From IMG/VR virus record IMGVR_UViG_2061766007_000545: 64,000 nt of DNA, one strand, 5' to 3'. This document shows positions 1 to 9,838 of this stretch, in pieces. Within the stretch, counting starts at the first letter, position 1, and each line of letters starts with the position of its first letter. The translations under genes were made by a program, and so were the position numbers. The notes below the pieces were generated by a model, which did not search any database, was not told the DNA's origin, and worked only from the letters and a program-made list of their open reading frames with translations. The stretch comes from an uncultured virus (IMG/VR IMGVR_UViG_2061766007_000545). Its lineage: Duplodnaviria > Heunggongvirae > Uroviricota > Caudoviricetes.

Positions 1-1075
1 AAACCTTTACAGAACCAACACTAAGTGCAGTACCACCAATTGAATTAAAATAGAGGTCTTCAATAGAAGACTTGAGACGACAGCAATTAGATAGGCTATT
101 TACAGAACTATCAGTAAAGAAGTTAAATAAATTCCATTTACGAGATGCCTCACATGCCCATTTCGCAAATTCTTCATCAACAAACTTTCCATCCACATAA
201 AGCAGAGAGGCAGTCAAAACCGGAAAAGTAAATACATTTTCTTCTCTAACTTTATTTACAATATCAATAAATCTTTTTTGGAATTCAATAATTTCTTCTT
301 CTTCATCAATCATAAAGGTCCCGTCAGGGAATACTGAACCACCAAAGATAGACTCAAAATATGGGTGGTCAAACACAGAAACATTTGTGAACGCGCATTG
401 ATCAGTTCTAATCCAAGGCTGGTTTAGACGATAAATTAATGATTGAATCTGCTGATCACGATAGATTTCCGGAGACTCTGTATAGTAGTTCTCTGCTATA
501 TCTTTCTTCCAATACCAATAAAGGTAAGGAATTAGATTTGGTAATCCCACAGCGCCCGACTGACGACGGCTAAGCCATGCGATTGCTTCCATTAGAATTT
601 GAATAAAGGAATCTAAGTGGCGCGCAGGTTTTGCATTATAATTCTCAATAAAGAACAATCCTCTTTCTACAATATCTTTGATATCATAAGCATAACAATA
701 AGGATAAAATGTTGCGGTATCAAAATCATGAAGATAAAGTGAATAAGACCATAAATCTTCGATAATCTTATTAGCATCTTTAAAACCATATTTCTTCTGT
801 AGCTCATGGTAAATCTTATTATATGCAAGGAGCTTCCTATGCGGTTTGCTCATTTCACTCATTAGAGTTACAATATCTTTCTGTGAGATATTTGAATTTG
901 CATCAATTGATGCATTAGCTACATTTTCTTTATCAATAAAATTATCAATGAAGTCAGTAAAACTGAGCTGTCCATCTGATAGTCCTTGAAGTTCTGCAAA
1001 CTCTTCGCCGTATTTCTCTTGGAGTTTATTCAGTTGGGTAGTGAAATTTTTACTAAGACGAACATTTATATTCAT
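1..1075 (-). CDS. nrdD: Anaerobic (class III) ribonucleoside-triphosphate reductase, 3' end outside window
   Basis: Not in ORF track (runs off the edge). Manual translation from ATG 1075: MNINVRLSKNF...LYLHDFDTATFYPYCYAYD...AKPARHLDSFIQ...SRRQSGAVGLPN...NCCRL; adjacent to glutaredoxin. Confidence 0.9.
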   Translation of the reverse strand, partial: MNINVRLSKNFTTQLNKLQEKYGEEFAELQGLSDGQLSFTDFIDNFIDKENVANASIDANSNISQKDIVTLMSEMSKPHRKLLAYNKIYHELQKKYGFKDANKIIEDLWSYSLYLHDFDTATFYPYCYAYDIKDIVERGLFFIENYNAKPARHLDSFIQILMEAIAWLSRRQSGAVGLPNLIPYLYWYWKKDIAENYYTESPEIYRDQQIQSLIYRLNQPWIRTDQCAFTNVSVFDHPYFESIFGGSVFPDGTFMIDEEEEIIEFQKRFIDIVNKVREENVFTFPVLTASLLYVDGKFVDEEFAKWACEASRKWNLFNFFTDSSVNSLSNCCRLKSSIEDLYFNSIGGTALSVGSVKV

Positions 1076-1305
1076 ACTTCATAAACCCCCTTCTTCTCTC
1101 GCTTTGGCTCGGCGTTTACCCAAGCTACTGCTTCATTAAACTGCATCGGAGGTAGTCCGTCTACTACTAAAATTGGTACAGTATGAAAACCCATTCTCTG
1201 CACAGCTTCAATATCATTAACTTCTTTGTACTTAATATTTTTCATATCCATTTTGCGCGCGATAACACAGCATTTGGGACACCCCGTTGAATATAAAGTA
1301 ATCAC
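1072..1305 (-). CDS. Glutaredoxin/NrdH-like redoxin
   Basis: MITLYSTGCPKC CxxC motif and TVPIL cis-Pro motif, 77 aa; second copy at 1337-1441 is an assembly duplicate. Confidence 0.85.
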   Translation of the reverse strand: MITLYSTGCPKCCVIARKMDMKNIKYKEVNDIEAVQRMGFHTVPILVVDGLPPMQFNEAVAWVNAEPKREKKGVYEV

Positions 1306-1461
1306 TATTAGTTGCCTCCCTCACGCNNNNNNNNNNTACAGCTTCAATATCATTAACTTCTTTGTACTTAATATTTTTCATGTCCATTTTGCGCGCGATA
1401 ACACAACATTTAGGACACCCCGTTGAATATAAAGTAATCACTATTAGTTGCCTCCCTCACG
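1196..1461. other. Assembly artefact: near-identical duplication either side of an N-gap
   Basis: ~1202-1326 repeated at ~1338-1461 around 10 Ns with a few SNPs. Confidence 0.85.
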
Positions 1462-1641
1462 CTTAAGACAGTACTTACACTTACCATCAACAAATTCGTG
1501 GCTGCACTGTTTCTGATATTGACGAATTTCATCCTTTAATTTCATAACCTCTTTGTTTAATACGAAAATTTCAGGAGTAATTAGCTCTCTAATTTTATTC
1601 ATTCTCGCATCAACCTGTTGAAAAATTTCAAGATTTGTCAT
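1444..1641 (-). CDS. Small hypothetical protein with C-terminal Zn-ribbon-like motif
   Basis: CSHEF...CKYC motif, AGGAGG RBS upstream, in operon. Confidence 0.7.
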   Translation of the reverse strand: MTNLEIFQQVDARMNKIRELITPEIFVLNKEVMKLKDEIRQYQKQCSHEFVDGKCKYCLKREGGN

Positions 1642-1652
1642 ATTATTTCCTC

Positions 1653-2995
1653 CTATAATAATCCTAAACTTCGAGCATTACACTCATAAAAATCATTAAA
1701 TAAAGGATAGTTATTTTCTTTCACAAAAGCAAACACTTCTCTAATTTCATCTTTAGTCATACTTTGACCACCGTAGCGCTTATTTGGTTTTTCATCAGAA
1801 TGACGAGCAAAGTCATAAAGAGTATCATCATTGATTTTTGTTAAATAAGTTTGCGTTGCTACTGTTTGAAAGCTATTATGATAGAAATTAAAGAGTCGTA
1901 TAACTTGTTCCCACATAGGATCTTTAAAATATCCCTTATCATATATAAGTGAAAAATTAAGGTGACAACTTCGCGAAATTATAATCTGCCTATAAATTTT
2001 TGGTAAAATATTTATCACAAAGTCATCTGCCTCGTATCCGTACATGGCTTTATATTCCATCTGCTTGTATGCTGCTCGATCTCGGCATTTTTCATACCAT
2101 TTATAAAATGATTCATCATCAATAAGTCCATTAAATTGTAGGGAAAAGAAAAGACTATCAGTGCGTACAGTTGACCAATTAACTAGGTCTTCTCCTTTAA
2201 AAAGCTGAATTGGAAACTTCATTCCTACGCGGGTTGCCCATCCGTCATTGCGCGCGAGCTTCAGAATTTTTTGAACCTCTTCAAAACTTCCCTCAATTGC
2301 GCCTAGGTCATAATCATGAAAGATTAGGTGGCGCGTATTACGTAGGTTTTTAAATTGCTTACCATACTCTGGCCATATCGTCTTTCCATCTAATGAAAGC
2401 CGACAATGCTCTGCATCTATAAGATTTTTATAGATTGTACTAGTTAAGCTATAAGTTCCNNNNNNNNNNCTCAAAATCTTTAGATAAAACTACTATTTCT
2501 CTCTTTTTTTTATAGTATGAAGAAAGTTTCATAATCTCAAGATTAAAGGGGACTAAGAGATAAGTNNNNNNNNNNCGGCCATATTGTCTTTCCATCTAAT
2601 GAAAGCCGACAGTGTTCTGCATCTATAAGATTTTTATAGATTGTACTAGTTAAGCTATAAGTTCCCGCTTCTTTCATTTGTTTTTCATATCGAGAATAGA
2701 TTGAGGTATCTGGTTTAGATATCTCAATCTCTCTCGGTAGTGGAGTATATATATTATTAGAAAAGGCAAGACCACCATATTCCACATTCTTGGTGGTCAT
2801 TAGCCCTTTCGGAAAAATTTGGTCGATATAATCTTTTCGATATATAAATTTCGTATAATATTCCGGTTCAAAATCTTTGGATAAAACTACTATTTCTCTC
2901 TTTTTTTTGTAATATGAAGAAAGTTTCATAATCTCAAGATTAAAGGGGACTAAGAGATAAGTAGAAAAGTCTCCATCCATTAATCCAATACTCAT
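1653..2995 (-). CDS. Hypothetical protein (~380 aa) broken by two N-gaps; N-terminus resembles phage radical-SAM-associated proteins
   Basis: ORFs 2543-2995 and 1653-2474 share GTYSLTSTIYKNLIDAEHCRLSLDGKTIWP, so they collapse into one gene; starts IGLMDGD..PFNLEIMKLSSYYK. Confidence 0.6.
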
Positions 2996-5900
2996 TATTC
3001 TTCCTCTCTTACTCGCGTTTCAATTAATCCATCATCTGATACATTAGAGATAATTTCAATTCGATGGAATGGAGTTGTTTTATATTTCTTTGCAATAAAA
3101 GCATCTCCTTCTCTAATACCAGTTATGACAAGTTTATTTCCACGTGAGAAACAAGATTTTTCTTTTACGTGCTTCTTCCCATCTGCGCCACGTTCACTAA
3201 GCTGGCGATCATATTGTTGGAAGACTCCGTAGACCTTAACTGTTACTACTCCACTAGTTGTAAGTAAAGTAACAAGTTTTTTTGCTTTATCTCTATCAAG
3301 AACCGTACCAATAATACGATGAAGTTTAAAGATAGGAACTAACTTACCCTTAATCGGAATTGTGCGCTCCACATCTGGTATCTCTGAAAGTCTACTAAAA
3401 TCAGAGAAATCATATCTTTCTATATCAACCTTACTTAACTCATGCTCATGAATATAACAGGAGATACTATCCATTTCCCATTTACTTACAGAGCCAAGAC
3501 AATACTTATTCCACATATCGCTTGTGAGGCGCGCATTCACTGCGTCAAGAAGTTCTTTATTATGCGCTTGGACATAAGGTCTTATCTTATCCATATGCGT
3601 TTGATACATCGTATCCCAATATGTTTGAGGTACTTTAAACATATTATCTTCCGGAACAAGTTTATCTATGTCAAAGTGCGCGCAATAAAAATCATATGCG
3701 TTCTCATCTATATTATAATATGTGCCATTCTTCTGCTTTTTTATATATTTATTAAAGTTAAATACACGACATTGTAAGTCATACTCTTCGGGAATCAACT
3801 TAAAGTCAATAAGCATTTTCATATTTTGAAGTGTAATACGCTTCTTTGTATCGCTTATCGAGTCAATATATTCGTGCATTACTTTAACTCTATCACCAAA
3901 ACCATCAAAAGCACCAGACTTTATCAAATTAACCATTTGAGGCTTATTTACTTTTACTTTTTCTAAGAAGTTATCTAGTGAAGTATAAGGACGATTAGCC
4001 ATAATTGTCTTAACGAGTTCTCCACCAATACGAGTTATACCAGACAATCCATAACGAATCGTATTATTTTGAATATCAGGAGAGAAAGTAAGCGTTGACT
4101 CATTAATATCTGGTGCCGAAACCTTTACACCAGTAGATACGATGCGTCCGATAGCAGAACTAATCTTACCATAGTTTGTTGCTTTAACTTTCTTTTTCTT
4201 TTTCCCATCTTTTGTCTTTACAACTTCAGCTGGAAAACCATCACAATCTTCTTCCTCATATCCTTCTTCATCTTCATCTTCTTCATCGTCTTCACCAAAT
4301 TCTTCCATTTCATTATAATAAGTTTCTTCTACTTTATCTTCTTCAATCGCTTCTTCGTCTTCTTCGTTTTCGTCACTGCCACCCGCATCACTTATAAGAC
4401 ACGCACAATTCCAAAAAAGAATCGGATATTTATATGCAAGATTCATTTCTTGAAGTGCAATCAAAGAATATGCTAAGGTATGCGCACGACAGAAGCTATA
4501 ACCTCTCTGTACTTTAAGAAGTACATCCCATACATAATGAACAAGGCGCATATCACAGCCTTTTTCTTTTGCGGTCTTATAGTAGGCTTCCTCACATTCT
4601 TCAAAAAGTTTACCTTGCTTTTTTGCAATAGCTTTACGACACTTATCTGCAAAGCTCAAATCGTTTCCGCCAAGTCTTTCATCTTGGAGCAGAGACATAA
4701 GTCCCTCTTGTGCTTCACATACACCATTCGTTATAGCATTATTATGACTTAACCAATCAATTTGCTCTTCTGATAAGCCATACTGACGCATTTCTGTATA
4801 CCACTCATTAATATTAGCTCGATAACGCGCCCACATATCAAGTGGTTGTTCTGCGCCTGGCTCAGATGCCATAAGACGAATAACTGAGTTTAATACAGCT
4901 AACTCCGCAACTGACTGCGGCTTTGCTAATGCGATTCCCGTTATACCAGACTGCTTTTCCATCTGAAAGAGAGAGTTAATTTCATGGTTAAGTACCATAT
5001 CCCACATCTTCGGATCTTCTCTTTCAATATTATAAATACCTACGATTGAGTTATAAGTTTCTCGTAATGTAGGTTTGCGCTCTGCATATCCATAATCACA
5101 AAGCAAATCAATACAGATATGAATCTTATCCATCGCTTCTACAGAAAGTAAGTCAATCTTAATAAGAGAAGCTGCTTCTGCATCGTGCAATTCAAAAGCC
5201 GTACATAATGTACCATCAGGTGCGCGCATTAAACCAGTCGACTCAGTGAAAGGTTCATCTACAAAGATAACACCACCCGCATGGAGACCGGAACCATTTA
5301 TTAATCCTTCAATCTTATGTGCAACTTGCCATAACTCAGGATAGTTCTCAGTCATTTCAAAAACAAATTGCTTAATCGGCGCCCAACCATGTTCCTCATC
5401 ACCATTCATACATTGATCGAGACTACGAAGCTGTCCACGATCAGCAGGAATAAGAGATGCCACATATTGTGCTATATCTATATCAATTCCAAGTCCACGA
5501 GCCGCAGTTAAAACCGCAGATTTGGACTTTTCAGTTCTAAATGTTGCTACATTCGCTACTCTATCTTCTCCATACACATTACGCAAATGAGCAAGAACCT
5601 GTGCGCGCTTTCCACCTTCAATATCGGTATCAATATCAAGAACTGACTCTCGCTTCGGGTTAAGAAAACGCCAAGGGAAACAAGGAGTTATTTCTCTTAA
5701 GTTGTTCATCTGAATAATGTCAAGACAATACAACAAAAGGAAACCACCACCAGATCCACGAGAAGGTCCAACAATCGTTCCTGCATTCCAACACTCATCT
5801 ATTGTCTTTTGAAGATTTAAGAAGTAAGCAGACCATTGCGCCTTATTTACAAGAGAAGATTCCCAAGTACGCTGAAGATTATCCTCTAATTCTGCATAAG

Positions 5901-6975
5901 CTTTTTCATTCTGCAAATCAAGATGAGACTTAATTCCTTCAATTACCGCATCTACCAAATTTCTATCTGATACGAACTCAGACTCACTAAAGTTACGAAG
6001 AGTAGGCATCTTAGCAAACCATTCTTCATATTCTTCTTTATAATTCTTAATATCACGCCAAATTAAATTCGGAATCTTTAACGGCTTTGTTAAAGAGAAG
6101 TCTACACACATATCACTAATCTTTTTAATATTTGCATAGGCTTCGCGCATTACTTCTACATCGTCAAAACTATATTTCATATATGATTCAAGTTCTTCTG
6201 TTCCCATCATATATGTAGTTGCATAGAAGTCATCTACCTCTCTATCACCATTTTGAGAGTTAAGGAAAGCCTTATGGATACGTCTATCTTCTTTCTTCAA
6301 ATAGTGAGAGTCAGTAGTTATAATATATCCAAGTTTATGATACCGAGCAAATTCAAGAAGCTTTCTATTTACTTTTATCTGCTCAATATTCTTACTTGGC
6401 TGCATTTCCAAATAGAAGTTTTCTCTTCCAAAAAGTTCTGCTAATTGCTCAATCCATCCATGAAGTTTCTCTTCATCTGTCCCACGCAATATCTGTGTAG
6501 CTAGCGCACCACCAAGACATGCGGTTGATCCAATCACATGACCGGGATTTGCGCCAATTATATCAAATAAATCTTGATAGTATGTTGGAACACGACGCAT
6601 ACCGCGCGCCATATAACTTCTTTTCCATGCGCGAGTTGATATCTCCATTATCTGCTTTGCGCCTTCAAGGTCTTTTGCAATTAAAATAAAGTGATAGTAT
6701 CTATCATAATCTTTATTATAATTTGTCGCATTAAGACCATTACGCACAAGATAAATCTCATTACCCCTAAGAACCTTAAGGTTTGGATGCTTCTTTGCTG
6801 CTTGCTCTATCTTTAACCAGCTACTTACTGTTTCATGGTCTGTGAATGCAAACACAGAATGCCCTAATTCTTCTGCATAAGACATTGCATCATTAATATG
6901 AATAATACAATCTCGTAGACGGATGTTACTGTATTCCGTATGATTATGCAAAGAACCCGGATAAAACTCACCCAT
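2995..6975 (-). CDS. dnaE: DNA polymerase III alpha subunit (family C)
   Basis: PHP domain HNHTEYS/TDH, RGSGGG, DIDTD catalytic motif, GLHAGGV, KIDLL, YSFCRAH, C-terminal OB fold. Confidence 0.97.
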   Translation of the reverse strand: MGEFYPGSLHNHTEYSNIRLRDCIIHINDAMSYAEELGHSVFAFTDHETVSSWLKIEQAAKKHPNLKVLRGNEIYLVRNGLNATNYNKDYDRYYHFILIAKDLEGAKQIMEISTRAWKRSYMARGMRRVPTYYQDLFDIIGANPGHVIGSTACLGGALATQILRGTDEEKLHGWIEQLAELFGRENFYLEMQPSKNIEQIKVNRKLLEFARYHKLGYIITTDSHYLKKEDRRIHKAFLNSQNGDREVDDFYATTYMMGTEELESYMKYSFDDVEVMREAYANIKKISDMCVDFSLTKPLKIPNLIWRDIKNYKEEYEEWFAKMPTLRNFSESEFVSDRNLVDAVIEGIKSHLDLQNEKAYAELEDNLQRTWESSLVNKAQWSAYFLNLQKTIDECWNAGTIVGPSRGSGGGFLLLYCLDIIQMNNLREITPCFPWRFLNPKRESVLDIDTDIEGGKRAQVLAHLRNVYGEDRVANVATFRTEKSKSAVLTAARGLGIDIDIAQYVASLIPADRGQLRSLDQCMNGDEEHGWAPIKQFVFEMTENYPELWQVAHKIEGLINGSGLHAGGVIFVDEPFTESTGLMRAPDGTLCTAFELHDAEAASLIKIDLLSVEAMDKIHICIDLLCDYGYAERKPTLRETYNSIVGIYNIEREDPKMWDMVLNHEINSLFQMEKQSGITGIALAKPQSVAELAVLNSVIRLMASEPGAEQPLDMWARYRANINEWYTEMRQYGLSEEQIDWLSHNNAITNGVCEAQEGLMSLLQDERLGGNDLSFADKCRKAIAKKQGKLFEECEEAYYKTAKEKGCDMRLVHYVWDVLLKVQRGYSFCRAHTLAYSLIALQEMNLAYKYPILFWNCACLISDAGGSDENEEDEEAIEEDKVEETYYNEMEEFGEDDEEDEDEEGYEEEDCDGFPAEVVKTKDGKKKKKVKATNYGKISSAIGRIVSTGVKVSAPDINESTLTFSPDIQNNTIRYGLSGITRIGGELVKTIMANRPYTSLDNFLEKVKVNKPQMVNLIKSGAFDGFGDRVKVMHEYIDSISDTKKRITLQNMKMLIDFKLIPEEYDLQCRVFNFNKYIKKQKNGTYYNIDENAYDFYCAHFDIDKLVPEDNMFKVPQTYWDTMYQTHMDKIRPYVQAHNKELLDAVNARLTSDMWNKYCLGSVSKWEMDSISCYIHEHELSKVDIERYDFSDFSRLSEIPDVERTIPIKGKLVPIFKLHRIIGTVLDRDKAKKLVTLLTTSGVVTVKVYGVFQQYDRQLSERGADGKKHVKEKSCFSRGNKLVITGIREGDAFIAKKYKTTPFHRIEIISNVSDDGLIETRVREEE

Positions 6976-7007
6976 TCTTTTTACTCCTTTTCTTATTTTC
7001 TATAAAT

Positions 7008-7036
7008 ATTATATCACAATTTTCAAAAAAAATCAA
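7008..7036 (-). promoter_or_regulatory. Sigma-A-type promoter (dnaE)
   Basis: TTGATT-17-TATAAT. Confidence 0.8.
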
Positions 7037-7037
7037 A

Positions 7038-8798
7038 TTAAAATTCGTATTTTGGAGTTTTCTTTATATTATAGGCATCAACAAAAATTTGCGGCGTTAT
7101 TACTCCACACCATTCATTTATATTAGCGCGTCCTACGACTTCAAGAATTACATCTTGTCCATCAAAGCCACGCAATTCTTCAATAAAGTCTTTTGCCCTA
7201 AACCACATATAAGCAATACCATTCAATTCTACTTTTACAGTATCTTGGTTCTTACCCATAATTCTAAATTCTTTTGTATTTACTTTAATATTAGTAACAT
7301 AGATAAGAGGTTCGGAGTTGCCTTGACCATAGGTGTAAGTATAGTCAGAAAGTTCTTTAATGAGTCTTGCTAAATCTTTATCAGAAGCAAGGCGTTGAAA
7401 ATTTGCATCATAAATCTTCTCACCTAAGTTAATATTCTTTAACTTCTCATTTGCATATTCATGAAATGCACGCAAGTTTTTATCTGCAATCGAACAACCA
7501 AAAGCATTAGCATGACCTTGAGCATATTCAAAAAATCCGCTTTCATTTAGAAATGCTTTAAAGTCTTTTAATTCACTCTTATCAAGTCCTCGTGCACTTC
7601 CTCTAATATAACCCTCATCATTAAGGCGCGCAACAATAGTCGGACGTTTATAGCGGTCAGAAAGTTGCATAGCGATTAAACCATTTAATTCCGGAGGAAA
7701 GTTATCCGTATCGTCAAGACGAACAAAGAGAATTGTATTTTCCAAAAGGTCGTATTTTGCAATACGCATTTCCATTTTCTCTACAGCTTCATCCTTCATT
7801 TTATTTTGGTGCGTTTTATTGTTCGTACACTCGCGCGCCGCCTCGTTTCCGACCGAATCCATTTGACCCTTACAACCGCGCTTAAGACTCGGTACCTGTT
7901 TATTTACATCTACAAATGCGGTGTAAAGACGCTCTTTTTCTGCCTGAGTACCCATTCGGATTGTTGCATTAATAAGGGGAACAATATAGAAAGCAACAGA
8001 AATTGCGTTAATTTTCCCAATCATACTATCAAGTGTAGTAGTTGAACCACAGATTGAATAAGATTGCTTTTCAAGAAGGAGTTTAAAGAAAGGATTTTTA
8101 ATTCTTCTTAATCCTGTATAGGAGATATAAGCATTTTCCGGTTCAAGAAGAGAACCCATATCACCGATAATTCCCCAAGCCGCAAGGTCAATAAAATCCT
8201 CAGAATAATTAAGGTTAAGCATTTTATCAAGATAGCGACAGAACTGCCACACAACTCCCGCACCAGTTAATTGCTTATTAGAGTAGTTAGGAGAGAGCTG
8301 ATTATTTATGATGATTGCATTTGTACTAAATGGCGGGTCTGCTTCATGGTGGTCAAGCACAAGACAGGGTGCTACATCTTTGAGTGCCTCATGATACTCA
8401 TAGTCATTAGATGAACTATCGGGAAGAATAATGAGGTCAATCTTCTCATTCATATTTAGAATTTCATCACAATGGTCTTCTAGTCCATGTTCTTTATGAT
8501 CATGGAGAAGAGTTGTGATTTTTATATTTGGATTAAGTTTTAAGGTATATTGGTGAATAATCGCGGCTGATGTAAAGCCGTCATTATCACTATCGACAAC
8601 AAGGACAATATGGGTTCCATTATTTACTTTATCGACGTACAGCTGCGCGCCCTCCTCTATGCTCGACAAAAGTTTAGGGTCAAGCAAAGATAAAGCTGAA
8701 GGGTGCTTAATAGTGTCAAGGTCTATTACACCCCTCGCGCGCAAAAGTGAGTCAATATAATTTTCTTGGAAATTTTCATTCACTAACTGACATTTCAT
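7038..8798 (-). CDS. recJ: Single-stranded DNA exonuclease RecJ (DHH/DHHA1)
   Basis: DSDNDG, LDHH, GAGV, GSAR, GHANAFG motifs. Confidence 0.93.
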   Translation of the reverse strand: MKCQLVNENFQENYIDSLLRARGVIDLDTIKHPSALSLLDPKLLSSIEEGAQLYVDKVNNGTHIVLVVDSDNDGFTSAAIIHQYTLKLNPNIKITTLLHDHKEHGLEDHCDEILNMNEKIDLIILPDSSSNDYEYHEALKDVAPCLVLDHHEADPPFSTNAIIINNQLSPNYSNKQLTGAGVVWQFCRYLDKMLNLNYSEDFIDLAAWGIIGDMGSLLEPENAYISYTGLRRIKNPFFKLLLEKQSYSICGSTTTLDSMIGKINAISVAFYIVPLINATIRMGTQAEKERLYTAFVDVNKQVPSLKRGCKGQMDSVGNEAARECTNNKTHQNKMKDEAVEKMEMRIAKYDLLENTILFVRLDDTDNFPPELNGLIAMQLSDRYKRPTIVARLNDEGYIRGSARGLDKSELKDFKAFLNESGFFEYAQGHANAFGCSIADKNLRAFHEYANEKLKNINLGEKIYDANFQRLASDKDLARLIKELSDYTYTYGQGNSEPLIYVTNIKVNTKEFRIMGKNQDTVKVELNGIAYMWFRAKDFIEELRGFDGQDVILEVVGRANINEWCGVITPQIFVDAYNIKKTPKYEF

Positions 8799-9838
8799 TT
8801 AACTTTTACTCTCCTTTCTAAGAGTTTTTCAAATACTTTTTCTCCTTTATCAAAAGGACTATCCTTTAATTCCAAAAGATTATCCCAATCATAAATAAAA
8901 CTAAAATTTGCATAATTCTTATACTTTGTTGCCAATCCTAAAAGTTTATTAAAATACTTATCACCTGTGTCATCTTCTTTATCATAAGCAATAACTATTT
9001 CTTTCGGATGGCATTCTTGAACAAGAATTTTAATAAGAAACTTATTTAACTGACTACCGCATGAGGCAACCGTACAGTTATCTCTATTAAAACTTTCTGC
9101 TTGGAGAACTGATTTTTCTCCTTCTGCAAGAAAGCAAATACCATTCTTTTTTATATTTTCTTTATTCTGATATAACCCGTAAAGATTCATACTAAGTGGA
9201 TGTTTATACCATGTTTGTTCTATCTTAACCGGCATATACTTACCCAACATTTCAACCTCTACTGGATCGAGGGCGCGCCCTCTAATTCCAACAAGACGTC
9301 CTTTAACATCTACATGAGGAATAATTATTTTATTCTGTCCTATTGAGTAGCGTATTCCATACTTATCCATCGCTTCTTTACTTATACCATCATTAAGCCA
9401 TTCAGGTGGATAATATTTAATAAAGCAATCTAAAACCCCTTTATTATACTCCGGTAATTCTACTACTTTTTGCTTTTCATATTTATCTCTGATACTTTTA
9501 TATTTCTGTGGTGCAAAGTTAAATTTGTCATACTTTGAACAATCAAGAATTACTTCATAAATATCAGTAACCCAATCATATTCAATTCCGCGCACTTCAT
9601 AGTAGTTCTTTAAAAACTTAAAGATTGACATCGAGCCGCATTCTGTATAACAGACAAACATATGAGTATTCTTATAGTAATAAAGTTTATCAGAAGCATC
9701 TTCTAAATCGGCATTATGACACGCAGTCTTGCATGCTAAGAAGGCGCCTTTATCTTGGTAAGGGATTTCTAATTTCTCTAAAAGCGCCTTAACTTTATTT
9801 TCATCTAACTGCTCAATTATTTCTTGATAATTAATCAT
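8795..9838 (-). CDS. DNA primase (Zn-binding + TOPRIM)
   Basis: CH...CYTEC zinc motif, GIRGR, AEGEKSV, AYDKE TOPRIM motifs; next to helicase. Confidence 0.88.
   Translation of the reverse strand: MINYQEIIEQLDENKVKALLEKLEIPYQDKGAFLACKTACHNADLEDASDKLYYYKNTHMFVCYTECGSMSIFKFLKNYYEVRGIEYDWVTDIYEVILDCSKYDKFNFAPQKYKSIRDKYEKQKVVELPEYNKGVLDCFIKYYPPEWLNDGISKEAMDKYGIRYSIGQNKIIIPHVDVKGRLVGIRGRALDPVEVEMLGKYMPVKIEQTWYKHPLSMNLYGLYQNKENIKKNGICFLAEGEKSVLQAESFNRDNCTVASCGSQLNKFLIKILVQECHPKEIVIAYDKEDDTGDKYFNKLLGLATKYKNYANFSFIYDWDNLLELKDSPFDKGEKVFEKLLERRVKVK

Noticed and set aside
1196..1461. Tandem duplication of the glutaredoxin gene
   Set aside because: Copies flank a 10-N scaffold gap and differ by a few SNPs; best explained as strain variants joined by the assembler
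2370..2965. Repeated segments suggesting a DGR template/variable repeat or a split gene
   Set aside because: Repeats abut N-gaps, differences are not adenine-specific, and no reverse transcriptase is in the window
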